This document shows, piece by piece, positions 45,565 through 54,751 of a DNA stretch of 64,000 nt (position 1 is the first letter of the stretch; each line of letters starts with the position of its first letter). The stretch is from an uncultured Eubacteriales bacterium (GTDB lineage: Bacteria > Bacillota > Clostridia > Christensenellales > Borkfalkiaceae). Both the position numbers and the translations under genes were made by a program. The DNA is taken from positions 108,149-172,148 of the forward strand of contig UQPN01000001.1 of assembly GCA_900542935.1 (NCBI GenBank). Reading direction: 5' to 3'. The notes under the pieces were generated by a model. That model was not told the DNA's origin. It saw only the letters and a program-made list of their open reading frames with translations, and ran no database searches.

Positions 45565-47284
45565 TCAACTTAACGTAAGGTTTAATCTCCAAGAAATAGA
45601 TAATACATTTGATTTTTATTTAATTAATACCACGGAAAAATATATCCCGTTTGGTGCTAAATGTTTAGATTTTGAAACCGGCAAAATAGAAAGCTTAGCT
45701 TTTGAAAATGGAAAATCATTGTATCTAATGTTAAAAAAAGAAATCTTTTCAAAAATGGATTTAGTTAAACAACTAGACAATGCAAAACTTTATATAAAAA
45801 GAATTAATTCATCGGAAATTCCTAATTATATTTTATTTAGGTTGTTTTTGTATTCGTTGAACAATTTTAATTCGGAGAATTTAAGCTTTAATAATTTAAC
45901 TGGAAAGTTTTATATTCTTAAACCAGAGTGGATGAAAAAAAATAGAAGTTCTTTTACCGCTTTAGGAATAAATGTGGATGTTGACATGAACATACTTGTC
46001 GAGGCTGCTACTTTTGCCAAATATTCATTGTTTAAGAAAAATAAGAAAATAAATGAGTATCCAAAATATATTTTTAGCAATAAGAATTGTTCATTAAAAC
46101 GCGTTTTTGATATTACGTCAGATGATATTTATATAAAGAAGGGCATCTATAATAAAAAAGCAGAAGTTCCCTTTTTTACTATGAGTAGGGAAGACTTGAA
46201 AAACAATAAGGTTTATTATTTATATTACGTTTTAAGATTATTAAAAAGTAAATATAGTAAACTAATTGAATTTTCATTTGATATGATTGAGGTTGTTAAG
46301 ACTATAGGTGTTGAAAGAGATAAATTATTTATGAATTACGCCTTGGATGAGATTAAAAGAATGGAAATTAATCTTGTTAACGTTGTTGATAGGGCAGAGT
46401 ATGAAGAAGAATTTGATACTCTAACAGATAAAATACAAGAAAGTATTGGCGTTTGTGATATAAATACAAGTAAGAAAATTGAAAAAGATAAAGCAAATAT
46501 TGTACTTATTCACAATAAGGAATATTATGAGCAATTAGAGTATCCAGACCCTCATAAAAACTTTGAACGTTCAACGTTAGTTCAATGTGTTACAGTTGAA
46601 GATAGCGCGGAAAAAATTATAAATGACAACGAAGCAATTATAAATACAATAATTAAGGAAGTCGTTATTAAAAATGACATTTTAAATAAAAAAGATATTT
46701 CGTTAGATAACTGGGCATCATACGGCTTTACGTGCGACTGGATATTTGGAAAAGAAAAAGATGGGAAGCATTATTTTATAGTAATTCACCCTAACGGAAG
46801 TTTTGAATTATATAATAAATTAGATGACTTTTCTTCATTTGATATTGATATATTAAATGAATGCTCGGACTATTTAACCGATAATAAGGGGAAAGAAAAA
46901 ACCATTATTGCTTCTACTGATGGGAATATTAATGTCATAACGAGAACAAATAGATATCCATTACCAGAGGAGGAAATTTTTGAACAAGAAATAATAAGCC
47001 GTAGTAAAGAAGCCAGGGATAGATTTTTATCTGGTGTTGTAGATATAAATCTTTATGAAGATGGTTTGTATTACAGCGTGGGCATAAAAGGTAGTGGCAT
47101 GAATACAAAAGTTATACGTGCGCCACATTTATACAAGGTAGAGGTTGTTTCCGGCAAAAATATTACGGAGGATATTCTATCAACTTTAAGTGCAACCTTT
47201 GTTAAATATAAATCTTTTACGGTTTTACCATATCCAGTGAAATATTTAAACGAATATATTTTAATGATTGAAAGGTTGCTGTGA
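45551..47284 (+). CDS. Hypothetical protein (577 aa); start overlaps the upstream helicase gene
   Basis: Long ORF, roughly 28% GC, 14-nt overlap with 42103-45564; no recognisable motifs. Confidence 0.5.
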   Translation: MAICNQLNVRFNLQEIDNTFDFYLINTTEKYIPFGAKCLDFETGKIESLAFENGKSLYLMLKKEIFSKMDLVKQLDNAKLYIKRINSSEIPNYILFRLFLYSLNNFNSENLSFNNLTGKFYILKPEWMKKNRSSFTALGINVDVDMNILVEAATFAKYSLFKKNKKINEYPKYIFSNKNCSLKRVFDITSDDIYIKKGIYNKKAEVPFFTMSREDLKNNKVYYLYYVLRLLKSKYSKLIEFSFDMIEVVKTIGVERDKLFMNYALDEIKRMEINLVNVVDRAEYEEEFDTLTDKIQESIGVCDINTSKKIEKDKANIVLIHNKEYYEQLEYPDPHKNFERSTLVQCVTVEDSAEKIINDNEAIINTIIKEVVIKNDILNKKDISLDNWASYGFTCDWIFGKEKDGKHYFIVIHPNGSFELYNKLDDFSSFDIDILNECSDYLTDNKGKEKTIIASTDGNINVITRTNRYPLPEEEIFEQEIISRSKEARDRFLSGVVDINLYEDGLYYSVGIKGSGMNTKVIRAPHLYKVEVVSGKNITEDILSTLSATFVKYKSFTVLPYPVKYLNEYILMIERLL

Positions 47285-47403
47285 TATTGGCAGATAAAAT
47301 GTTTTTAGATTTTTGCAATAGGATAACCCATGATACGATTCCAAACGGGAGTAGAAATTAAGAAATTTTAGCTCAAAAAAGACAATAGAAGGACTAGGTA
47401 AAA

Positions 47404-49953
47404 ATGAAACAAGGGTATAGAATTATTTCAATTGAAGCGGCGGATATTTATCGGCAAGAGCAAGAAAACGGCGTTAGCGTTGGGTATGTAATGCCTGAAA
47501 AGAAAAGCGACGCCTATTTCCGTTTGTTCAAAATCTATTTAGATAATTCGCTAGACCTTATAGAGCTTGAAAAGGCGTACGCGCGTATTTGCCGTAAAAA
47601 GTTCTCTTTTCAAGACAAGCACGAGCACGATTATACCCTTGCCGTAATTAACTTAAAGTTTAACTATACGTACAAGCCCGAAAACGACAAACCTGTAAAA
47701 ATCAAAGACTTGCGCTCACATTTCTGCGAAAACGGTTTTTATTTAGACGGCGTTCATTACGTAAGATACAAGCGTAGCGCGGGTAGTTCACGAGAAGGCA
47801 AGTGCCTTTTTATTGACGAGCGATTGTATAAAGCAATGGATAAGTGGAGCGGTTGCGGATTAAAAGCTCAAACTGACCTTGCTTCGTGGGAATCATATAA
47901 AGCGTTATCATTAAGTAGCATCAAGGGGACAGTGAATATTCCATTTCATGGAATACTTTTCGTTCCCGATTATAAAAGCGTATTTACGGAAGAAGTAATA
48001 TCCGTAGAACTTAAGGATAGCAAACTTGTAGCCGAGCAAAAGCAAACGGAAATAACTAACGACATTTGGGATGGCGAGAGCCTTTTAGACGAGAGCGTGT
48101 TTGAAAGCGGCTATGCGGACAAGCATATGTTACTTCTTCGTAATAAGTTTTTTAAGTCTTGCGCTTTTAGAACAAAACTTCAAAAATGGATAAAAGATAA
48201 AAACATTACGCTTGCCGATTTGAAAACAAGGGGATTTACTCTTGCAACCGACATAAGTCAAATTGTTATGGTAACGACGCCAAATAGTTTGAAATATCTT
48301 AAATTTGTTGGAGGTCTTTCCGAAAAGAATATTTGCAAGTGGGTGGAAAACGTAACCGATACGTTCGGTGTAGTTAAATGGGATAAAAGCACGAGATTTT
48401 TTCAGGGCGATATGGTGCAGGGCAGTTATCAACTACTGAACACGTTAGGTCTTGATAAGGCGCAAGCGGAAGAGCTATTAAAGCCGAGTTTTGACTATAT
48501 CTCGCTTGTTCGTAACGACGTGGAATTTATGCGCTATCATTTTACTGATGCTTACGCAAGAGAAAAGGATGGGGAAGAAAAGAAAGCTCCCGACGGACTT
48601 GCCGATCGTGCCGACGTTATTTTTAGATTGCTTTTCAGTTGTACGCATTTTAATACAACGGCATTATATGCTAATTTTAGAGATGACGTAGTAAGCGGAC
48701 TAAAAAGCAGTTTGCGCCGTGGACATATTTTATTAAACGGCACGAACGCAACGTTGTTCGGCAACGGACCTGAACTGTTAAAGTACATAGCCGGCGAAAA
48801 GATAACAAGCGAGTTAAAGAAGGGACAAATTTACTGCAAGAGATTCGAAAGCGGCGCGAAACTTCTTTGCGCGCGCTCACCGCATATAACGATGGGCAAC
48901 CTTTACTGTGTGGAAAACAACCTTAGCGGAGAGATTTGGAATTACTTCAATTTAGGTAAAAATATCGTTTGTGTAAATGCTATTGGCGAGAATATTCAAC
49001 AGCGCTTAAATGGTTGCGATTACGATTCGGATTCTATGCTCATCACCGACGATAAGTTGATGGTGGAGAGCGCCGAGAAATATAAAGAGCAGTTCAAAGT
49101 GCCCGTTTGCGGTATTTCCTCAATGAGTAAAAATGGTCAAACGCTTGCAGAGCTCGACCACGACACAAGCGAAAACAAAATAGGCGAAATCGTAAATCTA
49201 TCGCAAAAATTAAATAGTATTATATGGAACGAAATGAAAGGCGGTGCACCTACGGAGAAAATCTTAGAGATTTATAACGACGTTTGTAAGCTTGCCGTTT
49301 TGTCAGGCTTAGAGATAGACAAAGCAAAGCGCGCTTACGATAACGTAAACGTTGGGAAAGAACTTTTCGCATTGCGCAAGAAGTATAATAGTCCTGCGCC
49401 GATTTTCTTTAAGGAAATCGACGATAAGGGAAAAGAAAACGAGTATACTTTTTATGATACGGCGATGGATTATATCTACCAAGCCGTTAAAAAGTTTAAC
49501 TTTGTAAAGGGCAAAAGGAAAAGAGTTAATTATATGCCCATTTCTTGGGTCGTGGGAGAAATTACGACTTCGGATAACGCTACCGATTATAGGCATAGAG
49601 ATAAAATCATTGAGATTTGCGAAGAGTATAGAAAGAGAATTGACCGTTTGTATATGGAACTACGAGTTTCGGATGACCAAGAAAAAGAGGTTGTTTACGA
49701 AAAAATAGAAGAAGAGAAAGCCGATAGAGATAAGCAAGTTTCCAAATGGCTAACGAGTAGAAACGTTCTTATATTCGTGGCTCGCCACTATGAAAAGAAT
49801 CGTCCGTCCGATTGGCGAATTTATGCCCCGATAGTAAATGCTCGTCACTTTAAGGATTTTATGCTTAAAGGCGGTTCTCCTATAGGGTTCGTTGAGGAAA
49901 GTAGAGACGGGAATATTATTGTTTATGGTAAGAAATTCGCAATAAAATGGTAA
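47404..49953 (+). CDS. Putative single-subunit double-psi beta-barrel RNA polymerase homologue (YonO/RdRP-like)
   Basis: ARSPHITMGNLYCV followed 34 aa later by NGCDYDSDSMLITDD, parallel to RNAP beta-prime RAPTLHRLGIQAF...NADFDGDQMAVH; 849 aa (SPbeta YonO is of similar size). Confidence 0.45.
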   Translation: MKQGYRIISIEAADIYRQEQENGVSVGYVMPEKKSDAYFRLFKIYLDNSLDLIELEKAYARICRKKFSFQDKHEHDYTLAVINLKFNYTYKPENDKPVKIKDLRSHFCENGFYLDGVHYVRYKRSAGSSREGKCLFIDERLYKAMDKWSGCGLKAQTDLASWESYKALSLSSIKGTVNIPFHGILFVPDYKSVFTEEVISVELKDSKLVAEQKQTEITNDIWDGESLLDESVFESGYADKHMLLLRNKFFKSCAFRTKLQKWIKDKNITLADLKTRGFTLATDISQIVMVTTPNSLKYLKFVGGLSEKNICKWVENVTDTFGVVKWDKSTRFFQGDMVQGSYQLLNTLGLDKAQAEELLKPSFDYISLVRNDVEFMRYHFTDAYAREKDGEEKKAPDGLADRADVIFRLLFSCTHFNTTALYANFRDDVVSGLKSSLRRGHILLNGTNATLFGNGPELLKYIAGEKITSELKKGQIYCKRFESGAKLLCARSPHITMGNLYCVENNLSGEIWNYFNLGKNIVCVNAIGENIQQRLNGCDYDSDSMLITDDKLMVESAEKYKEQFKVPVCGISSMSKNGQTLAELDHDTSENKIGEIVNLSQKLNSIIWNEMKGGAPTEKILEIYNDVCKLAVLSGLEIDKAKRAYDNVNVGKELFALRKKYNSPAPIFFKEIDDKGKENEYTFYDTAMDYIYQAVKKFNFVKGKRKRVNYMPISWVVGEITTSDNATDYRHRDKIIEICEEYRKRIDRLYMELRVSDDQEKEVVYEKIEEEKADRDKQVSKWLTSRNVLIFVARHYEKNRPSDWRIYAPIVNARHFKDFMLKGGSPIGFVEESRDGNIIVYGKKFAIKW

Positions 49954-50087
49954 AAAGTGAAAGAGCACGTCTTTGGGATACAAATTAAAAATTAGAGTTT
50001 TCCCTTTCATAGAAAGGGAAAGGCTTGCCCAAATTTTAAAATGAGTAATCGGTGTAATAGAACCCGTTTTTCAAAAGCGTGGAAATG

Positions 50088-50122
50088 AAAGCTCGACAGT
50101 GATAAACTGTCGGGCTTTTTCT
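50088..50122 (+). terminator. Terminator after the RNAP-like gene
   Basis: gctcgacag-N7-ctgtcgggc stem plus T5. Confidence 0.55.
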
Positions 50123-50215
50123 ACGCCCAAAAGACAACTAAATACAATAAGGTAAAAGGGTTGCTTCAACATTATAGCGAGGAACGTATTTGGATTGCCA
50201 AATACCGACTTTACA

Positions 50216-50300
50216 AAGTCGCCTCGTTAGGGGCCCACCCCTAATACCCCGAGTAGTTCACGAAAATTTACTGCGTAAATTTTCCGTGAGGGTACTGTGG
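50216..50300 (+). promoter_or_regulatory. Candidate oriT: palindrome taggggcccaccccta and 12-bp imperfect inverted repeat cacgaaaattta-N5-taaattttccgtg upstream of mobC
   Basis: Direct reading of the sequence; position relative to mobC and relaxase is typical for oriT. Confidence 0.4.
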
Positions 50301-50416
50301 TCGTAATTTTCTTAACGGGCGATATGAATCCGCCCTTGAAAATTTCGGCGTAATAAATAAAAAAAGGAGGAAGAGTTATAGTAAAAAGGACAAGACCGTT
50401 CGCGTATACCTTTCGG

Positions 50417-50689
50417 GTGAGCGAACAAGAGAAAAATTTAATCGACGAAAAAATAGCAAAGAGCGGGCTTACGATGCGGGAATTTATTCTACGCTCTATC
50501 ACGGATAAGCCTATAATCGTAATCGAGTGCGGCGGCGAAATACTTGCGGAATTAAAGAGACAAGGGAATAATTTAAACCAAGCGGTGAGGAGCAGTTATT
50601 ATGGCGCGAATACGGAACGTGAAATAAAATACTGTATCGCGTACTTAAAAGAAGTGTATCGGAAATTGTCTTTCGCTGCGGGAGGGTAA
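50417..50689 (+). CDS. mobC: MobC-family mobilisation accessory protein
   Basis: LKRQGNNLNQAVR is the MobC signature; GTG start, true start may lie a few codons upstream. Confidence 0.7.
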   Translation: MSEQEKNLIDEKIAKSGLTMREFILRSITDKPIIVIECGGEILAELKRQGNNLNQAVRSSYYGANTEREIKYCIAYLKEVYRKLSFAAGG

Positions 50690-50692
50690 ACG

Positions 50693-51835
50693 ATGCCGCT
50701 TTTAAAATGCAGTGCAAGTAAGGCAAGATCGAAAAACGGAATAGGGTACATAACCGATCCGAAGAAAGCGGCGATCGTGTCGGTGAAAAATTTATTCGAC
50801 GACGAAGATTATGCAAAGCAATTCGAAGAAACGGCGGCGAGGTTCGGTAAAGGCGAAAAATACGACGAGCGGAAGTATTATCATTTTAAACTTTCCTGCG
50901 CGAGAAAAGATAACGTAACGCCCGAAAAAGCCCACGCGTATGCGGAAGAGATAGCGGAAGCGTTTTTCAAAAATTACGAATGCGTAATCGCCACGCATAC
51001 GGATACGCAGACTGTTCACAGCCACATTATCGTAAACGCCGTCGATCCGCTTACAGGTAAAAAATTGCAATTTTCAAAGCAGGATTACGCAAAAATGAAA
51101 GACGAAGTAAACGCAATCGGCAGAAAATACGGCTTTACGGAAACGGAATTTCGGAAGCGCGGCAAAAACAGCAGAACGGCGGCAGAAAAGAAAATCATAT
51201 TAAAAGGCGGAACGAGCTGGAAAGAAGAACTGCGCGAAGTCATAGCTGAAGCGGTAAAGAAAACGAAATCGCCCGAAGCGTTCAAAAAATATCTTGACGA
51301 ATGTTACGGCGTAAAAATCACGCGGGACGGAAAGGATTATTCCTATCTGCATCCGAACAAACAAAAACCGATCCGAGGGGAGCGGCTCGAAACAAATTAT
51401 ACGAAAAGCGAGGTAATAAAACGAATTGGAGAACAGAATAACGGGGTTAAGTCCTCAGCCTATAACGGAGGAAGAAGTGGATTTAACGGAAAACGTACCG
51501 GCAGCGGAACTGTGCGAGGAAGTAAAACGACTTACGGCAGAAACGCGGGAAGCGTTATTAGAGCAAGACTTGGCGGTATCGAACGAGAAATGCAACGGCT
51601 TAATTTTGCAGCTGAATGCGCGGGTAACGGACTTGACGCGGCAAGTGAGGAGCGTAAAATGGATGAACGAAGAACTCGCCTCGAGTTTGAAAGACGACGC
51701 AGAGAAGCTGACGAAAGAGATGAAAGAAGAAAATCGGAATATGCTTGCGAGCATGCGGATAACACTTCAGAGAATAACGGAAACGGTAACGAAGATACAG
51801 GAAATAGTAAATACAACTATGGCAAAGGCGACTGA
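50693..51835 (+). CDS. mobA: MobA/MobL-type relaxase (Relaxase domain); C-terminal third is low-complexity, possible frameshift
   Basis: ATHTDTQTVHSHIIVNAVDPLTGKK histidine motif; translation after about residue 245 looks non-protein-like while frame 0 (51426-52070) encodes a coiled-coil/TM protein. Confidence 0.75.
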   Translation: MPLLKCSASKARSKNGIGYITDPKKAAIVSVKNLFDDEDYAKQFEETAARFGKGEKYDERKYYHFKLSCARKDNVTPEKAHAYAEEIAEAFFKNYECVIATHTDTQTVHSHIIVNAVDPLTGKKLQFSKQDYAKMKDEVNAIGRKYGFTETEFRKRGKNSRTAAEKKIILKGGTSWKEELREVIAEAVKKTKSPEAFKKYLDECYGVKITRDGKDYSYLHPNKQKPIRGERLETNYTKSEVIKRIGEQNNGVKSSAYNGGRSGFNGKRTGSGTVRGSKTTYGRNAGSVIRARLGGIEREMQRLNFAAECAGNGLDAASEERKMDERRTRLEFERRRREADERDERRKSEYACEHADNTSENNGNGNEDTGNSKYNYGKGD

Positions 51836-52070
51836 CGAAGCGGGAGAGCTGTTAAAGGAAAGAGTTACCGAAGCGGCAGACGACGCGGCGTTTACAATCG
51901 ACGAGCATGCAAAATCGATGAAAAAGAAAGTGGAAGCCCTCGAAAAAGAAGTGTATAAAGCCAAGGAAGATATACGCTTGGAGCGCGGTTTTCGCAAATT
52001 CTTCTTTTGGGTTACGCCCGCATTGTTGCTTTTGCGAAGCGTTATGACGGTAATGTTGCTTTTGAGATAA
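51426..52070 (+). CDS. Coiled-coil protein with C-terminal TM helix; overlaps the relaxase 3' region in another frame (possibly the authentic relaxase C-terminus after a frameshift)
   Basis: Protein-like composition, heptad-rich, hydrophobic C-terminus WVTPALLLLRSVMTVMLLL. Confidence 0.4.
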   Translation: MENRITGLSPQPITEEEVDLTENVPAAELCEEVKRLTAETREALLEQDLAVSNEKCNGLILQLNARVTDLTRQVRSVKWMNEELASSLKDDAEKLTKEMKEENRNMLASMRITLQRITETVTKIQEIVNTTMAKATDEAGELLKERVTEAADDAAFTIDEHAKSMKKKVEALEKEVYKAKEDIRLERGFRKFFFWVTPALLLLRSVMTVMLLLR

Positions 52071-52180
52071 AAAATTTTTTCAAAAAGTAATAATTTTAGC
52101 TTGACTATAAAATGGCAAGCAAGTATAATGTAATTACAATATCGTATATATACGAGAATATAAAAACAGGAGATGAAGAT

Positions 52181-52534
52181 ATGAAAGCCACGGAAGTGAT
52201 ACGAAAAGCAAATTCGGGCGAGGGGTTAACGGTGGAAGAAATTAAAATTTACAACGCTAACGTAAAACCGCAGAAACACGTTTACGGCAAGTACGGAACG
52301 CTTGCAAAAAAGTATCTCGAAGATAAAGGGATCGACTGGACGATTGCAGATCTCCCCGAATATTTACACGGCGTAGACAAAATGGCGGAAGCGCTTTACG
52401 ATGATATGTGGAATAAACTTTCCGGATGCGAGCAGTATCGCCGAACGGGAGATTATTTGGTCGATGTTAAGAGAATTAACGCTATTGAGAAAATCATCGA
52501 AGAAGAAATATTGAATGAAATTGTCTATGTATAG
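52181..52534 (+). CDS. TnpV-like conserved hypothetical protein, copy 2
   Basis: MKATEVIRKANSGEGLTVEEIKIYNANVKPQKHVYGKYGTLAKKYLEDKGIDWTIADLPEYLHGVD; aggaga RBS. Confidence 0.55.
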   Translation: MKATEVIRKANSGEGLTVEEIKIYNANVKPQKHVYGKYGTLAKKYLEDKGIDWTIADLPEYLHGVDKMAEALYDDMWNKLSGCEQYRRTGDYLVDVKRINAIEKIIEEEILNEIVYV

Positions 52535-53040
52535 AGGCTGAAATTATGAAATTATTAAAAGTGTTGAACGTAACGGGAAGAATTTTGTTTGCGGGTTTAT
52601 TGATAATAAGTCATATTATAATGGGTATTATAGGGATTATTATTTGCGCTGTTACGTCACAAAAATAAATTCGCAGGCGATATAAAAATTAATCTGAAAA
52701 AGCGAACGAGGCGGACAGCGGTAGTTTGTTTATTTCGGAAATATTAAAAATGGAGGATAATACGCTATAAATGGAGAGAGAACATTGTATCTATATGGTG
52801 AGAGAACATAGTAACCGTTCGGGGAAGAGAACATTGTACCCTGTAGCAAAAATTAAAAATTACAGGAGTGACAAAGGAACAAAAGAAATTAAAAGAGGTA
52901 ATGGACGAAAAGTATGTGGCTTTCTTATTGCTTGAAAGCATGTACGAATCTGGGAAAATTAACAAGGCAACGTATGAAAACGTGCTTAAAGAAAAAAGGA
53001 ATTATATCGAAGAAAAGTATAATTTAAAGGATGTGACGGT

Positions 53041-53169
53041 ATGAGCAGGGTGATTTTATCTGATTTATCGGAAAATAAAGTGGTTTTGCCGACGAATGTA
53101 TCGACGTTTGACAGGGACAGGCAGCGCAGCGTTGTATTTTACGGACGGGTAAGTACCGAAGACGAGTAA
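53041..53169 (+). pseudogene. Truncated large serine recombinase (first 42 codons only)
   Basis: MSRVILSDLSENKVVLPTNVSTFDRDRQRSVVFYGRVSTEDE followed by a stop; parallels the N-terminus of 26583. Confidence 0.7.
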
Positions 53170-53338
53170 ACATAGGGGAAACAATCAAACAGCAAGTTCG
53201 TAAATATTTAAAAATACTGAAGAAAGTGGTCAAACGACGCTATTTTTCATGCGAGGATGCGTGTTTCGGCTTGAAATAATCTTGAAAATATAGTATAATA
53301 AAAATGGAAAAGTGTAAGATCGGAGGGATTGACAGGCT

Positions 53339-54751
53339 ATGCCGAAAAGATTTGAAGAATTGATCGCTCAAGGCGAAGGAATATCGATTGAATTCAAAGA
53401 GTGTAAAGACGCTTTGCCGAAAAACGTGTTTGAAACGTTATGCGCATTTCTGAATCGTTTCGGCGGAGATATTTTTCTCGGTTTGAAAGATGACGGCACC
53501 ATTATCGGCGTCGATAAAGACAAATCGAAAAAGATAAGAGCAGATTTTGTATCCGCGATGAACAATCCGCAGAAAATATTTCCGACGGTGTATTTGCCAG
53601 TCGATGAGTTTGAATTAGACGGCAAAACGATTTTACACGTTTACGTTCCGGAAAGTTCGCAGGTGCATAACACCAACAGGCGGATTTTTGACAGAAACGA
53701 GGACGGCGATTTTGATATTACGGATAATACCGATCTCGTTGCGGCAATGTATATCAGAAAACAACGCGAATATACGGAAAATACCGTTTTCCCGTATGCG
53801 ACGGAAAATGACCTGAAACAAGACCTTATCGACCGCGCGCGGATTATGGCGACAAACAGAAATCCGCATCACCCGTGGGAGCGGATGACGAACGAAGAAA
53901 TTTTGCGTAACGCGGGGCTGTATAAGAAAAATCTTCAGACGGGCGAAAGCGGATATACGCTTGCGTGTATTCTGCTTTTCGGAACGGACGAAGCGATTTT
54001 ATCGGCGTTGCCGCACCATAAAACGGACGCGATTTATCGGGTGAACGAAACGGACAGGTATGACGACAGGGACGATATTCGTTGTAACCTGATCGAAAGT
54101 TACGATCGGCTTATGGCTTTTATCGAAAAGCACGTGGACGATAAGTTTTATATGGAAAACGAAATTCGCGTAAGCGCGAGAAATAAATTGTTTCGCGAAG
54201 TCATTGCAAACATGCTTATTCACCGCGAATATTCCAACGCATATCCCGCAAAACTTATCATCGAAAAAGATTGCGTAAGAACGGAAAACGGCAATAAAGC
54301 GCGCGGTCTCGGAACGATAAGTTTAACGGATTTCGTGCCGTATCCGAAAAATCCCGTAATCGCGTCTGTTTTTAAAGAAATCGGCTGGGCGGAGGAACTC
54401 GGCTCGGGCGTGAGAAATATCGTAAAATACAGCAAAGTGTATTCGGGAACGATTCCCGAATTTATCGACGGCGACGTTTTCAAAACGAAAATATCTTTGA
54501 ATGGGACTGTAAACGGGACTGTAAGTGGCACTGTAAATGACACTGTAAACGTCGATGTAAATTTATCGGAAACCGAGAAAGCGGTGCTGGATTGTATAAG
54601 AGATAACAATTCCATCGGCGTTGCGGAAATTGTTAGTCGGACAGAAAAAGGAAGAAGCACTATCATGCGCTCTATCAAATCTTTAAAAGAAAAAGGATTT
54701 ATTCGGCGCGTCGGTTCGGATAAAACGGGCAGTTGGGAAATTCTCCGATAA
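53339..54751 (+). CDS. AlbA_2 (Schlafen-like putative DNA-binding) domain protein with C-terminal winged HTH
   Basis: SIEFKECKDALPKNVFETLCAFLNRFGGDIFLGLKDDGTIIGV (PF04326-like); C-terminus SIGVAEIVSRTEKGRSTIMRSIKSLKEKGFIRR. Confidence 0.7.
   Translation: MPKRFEELIAQGEGISIEFKECKDALPKNVFETLCAFLNRFGGDIFLGLKDDGTIIGVDKDKSKKIRADFVSAMNNPQKIFPTVYLPVDEFELDGKTILHVYVPESSQVHNTNRRIFDRNEDGDFDITDNTDLVAAMYIRKQREYTENTVFPYATENDLKQDLIDRARIMATNRNPHHPWERMTNEEILRNAGLYKKNLQTGESGYTLACILLFGTDEAILSALPHHKTDAIYRVNETDRYDDRDDIRCNLIESYDRLMAFIEKHVDDKFYMENEIRVSARNKLFREVIANMLIHREYSNAYPAKLIIEKDCVRTENGNKARGLGTISLTDFVPYPKNPVIASVFKEIGWAEELGSGVRNIVKYSKVYSGTIPEFIDGDVFKTKISLNGTVNGTVSGTVNDTVNVDVNLSETEKAVLDCIRDNNSIGVAEIVSRTEKGRSTIMRSIKSLKEKGFIRRVGSDKTGSWEILR
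54503..54562 (+). repeat. Short in-frame tandem repeat (ctgtaaa[cy]gg[gc]a, encoding NGTVNGTVSGTVNDTVNVDVN)
   Basis: Direct reading of the sequence. Confidence 0.6.

Larger units (their letters stand above)
47404..53169 (+). mobile_element. Mobilisable element remnant B (RNAP-like gene, oriT-like region, mobC, relaxase, TnpV-like, small peptide, truncated recombinase)
   Basis: Paralogous organisation to element A; about 45% GC; recombinase truncated. Confidence 0.45.

Noticed and set aside
52547-52668. Second small hydrophobic peptide gene as an intact paralogue
   Set aside because: The ATG frame (MKLLK) hits a stop after 5 codons. The hydrophobic reading frame lacks an ATG (only a GTG at 52561 without an RBS), so it is probably a frameshifted copy.
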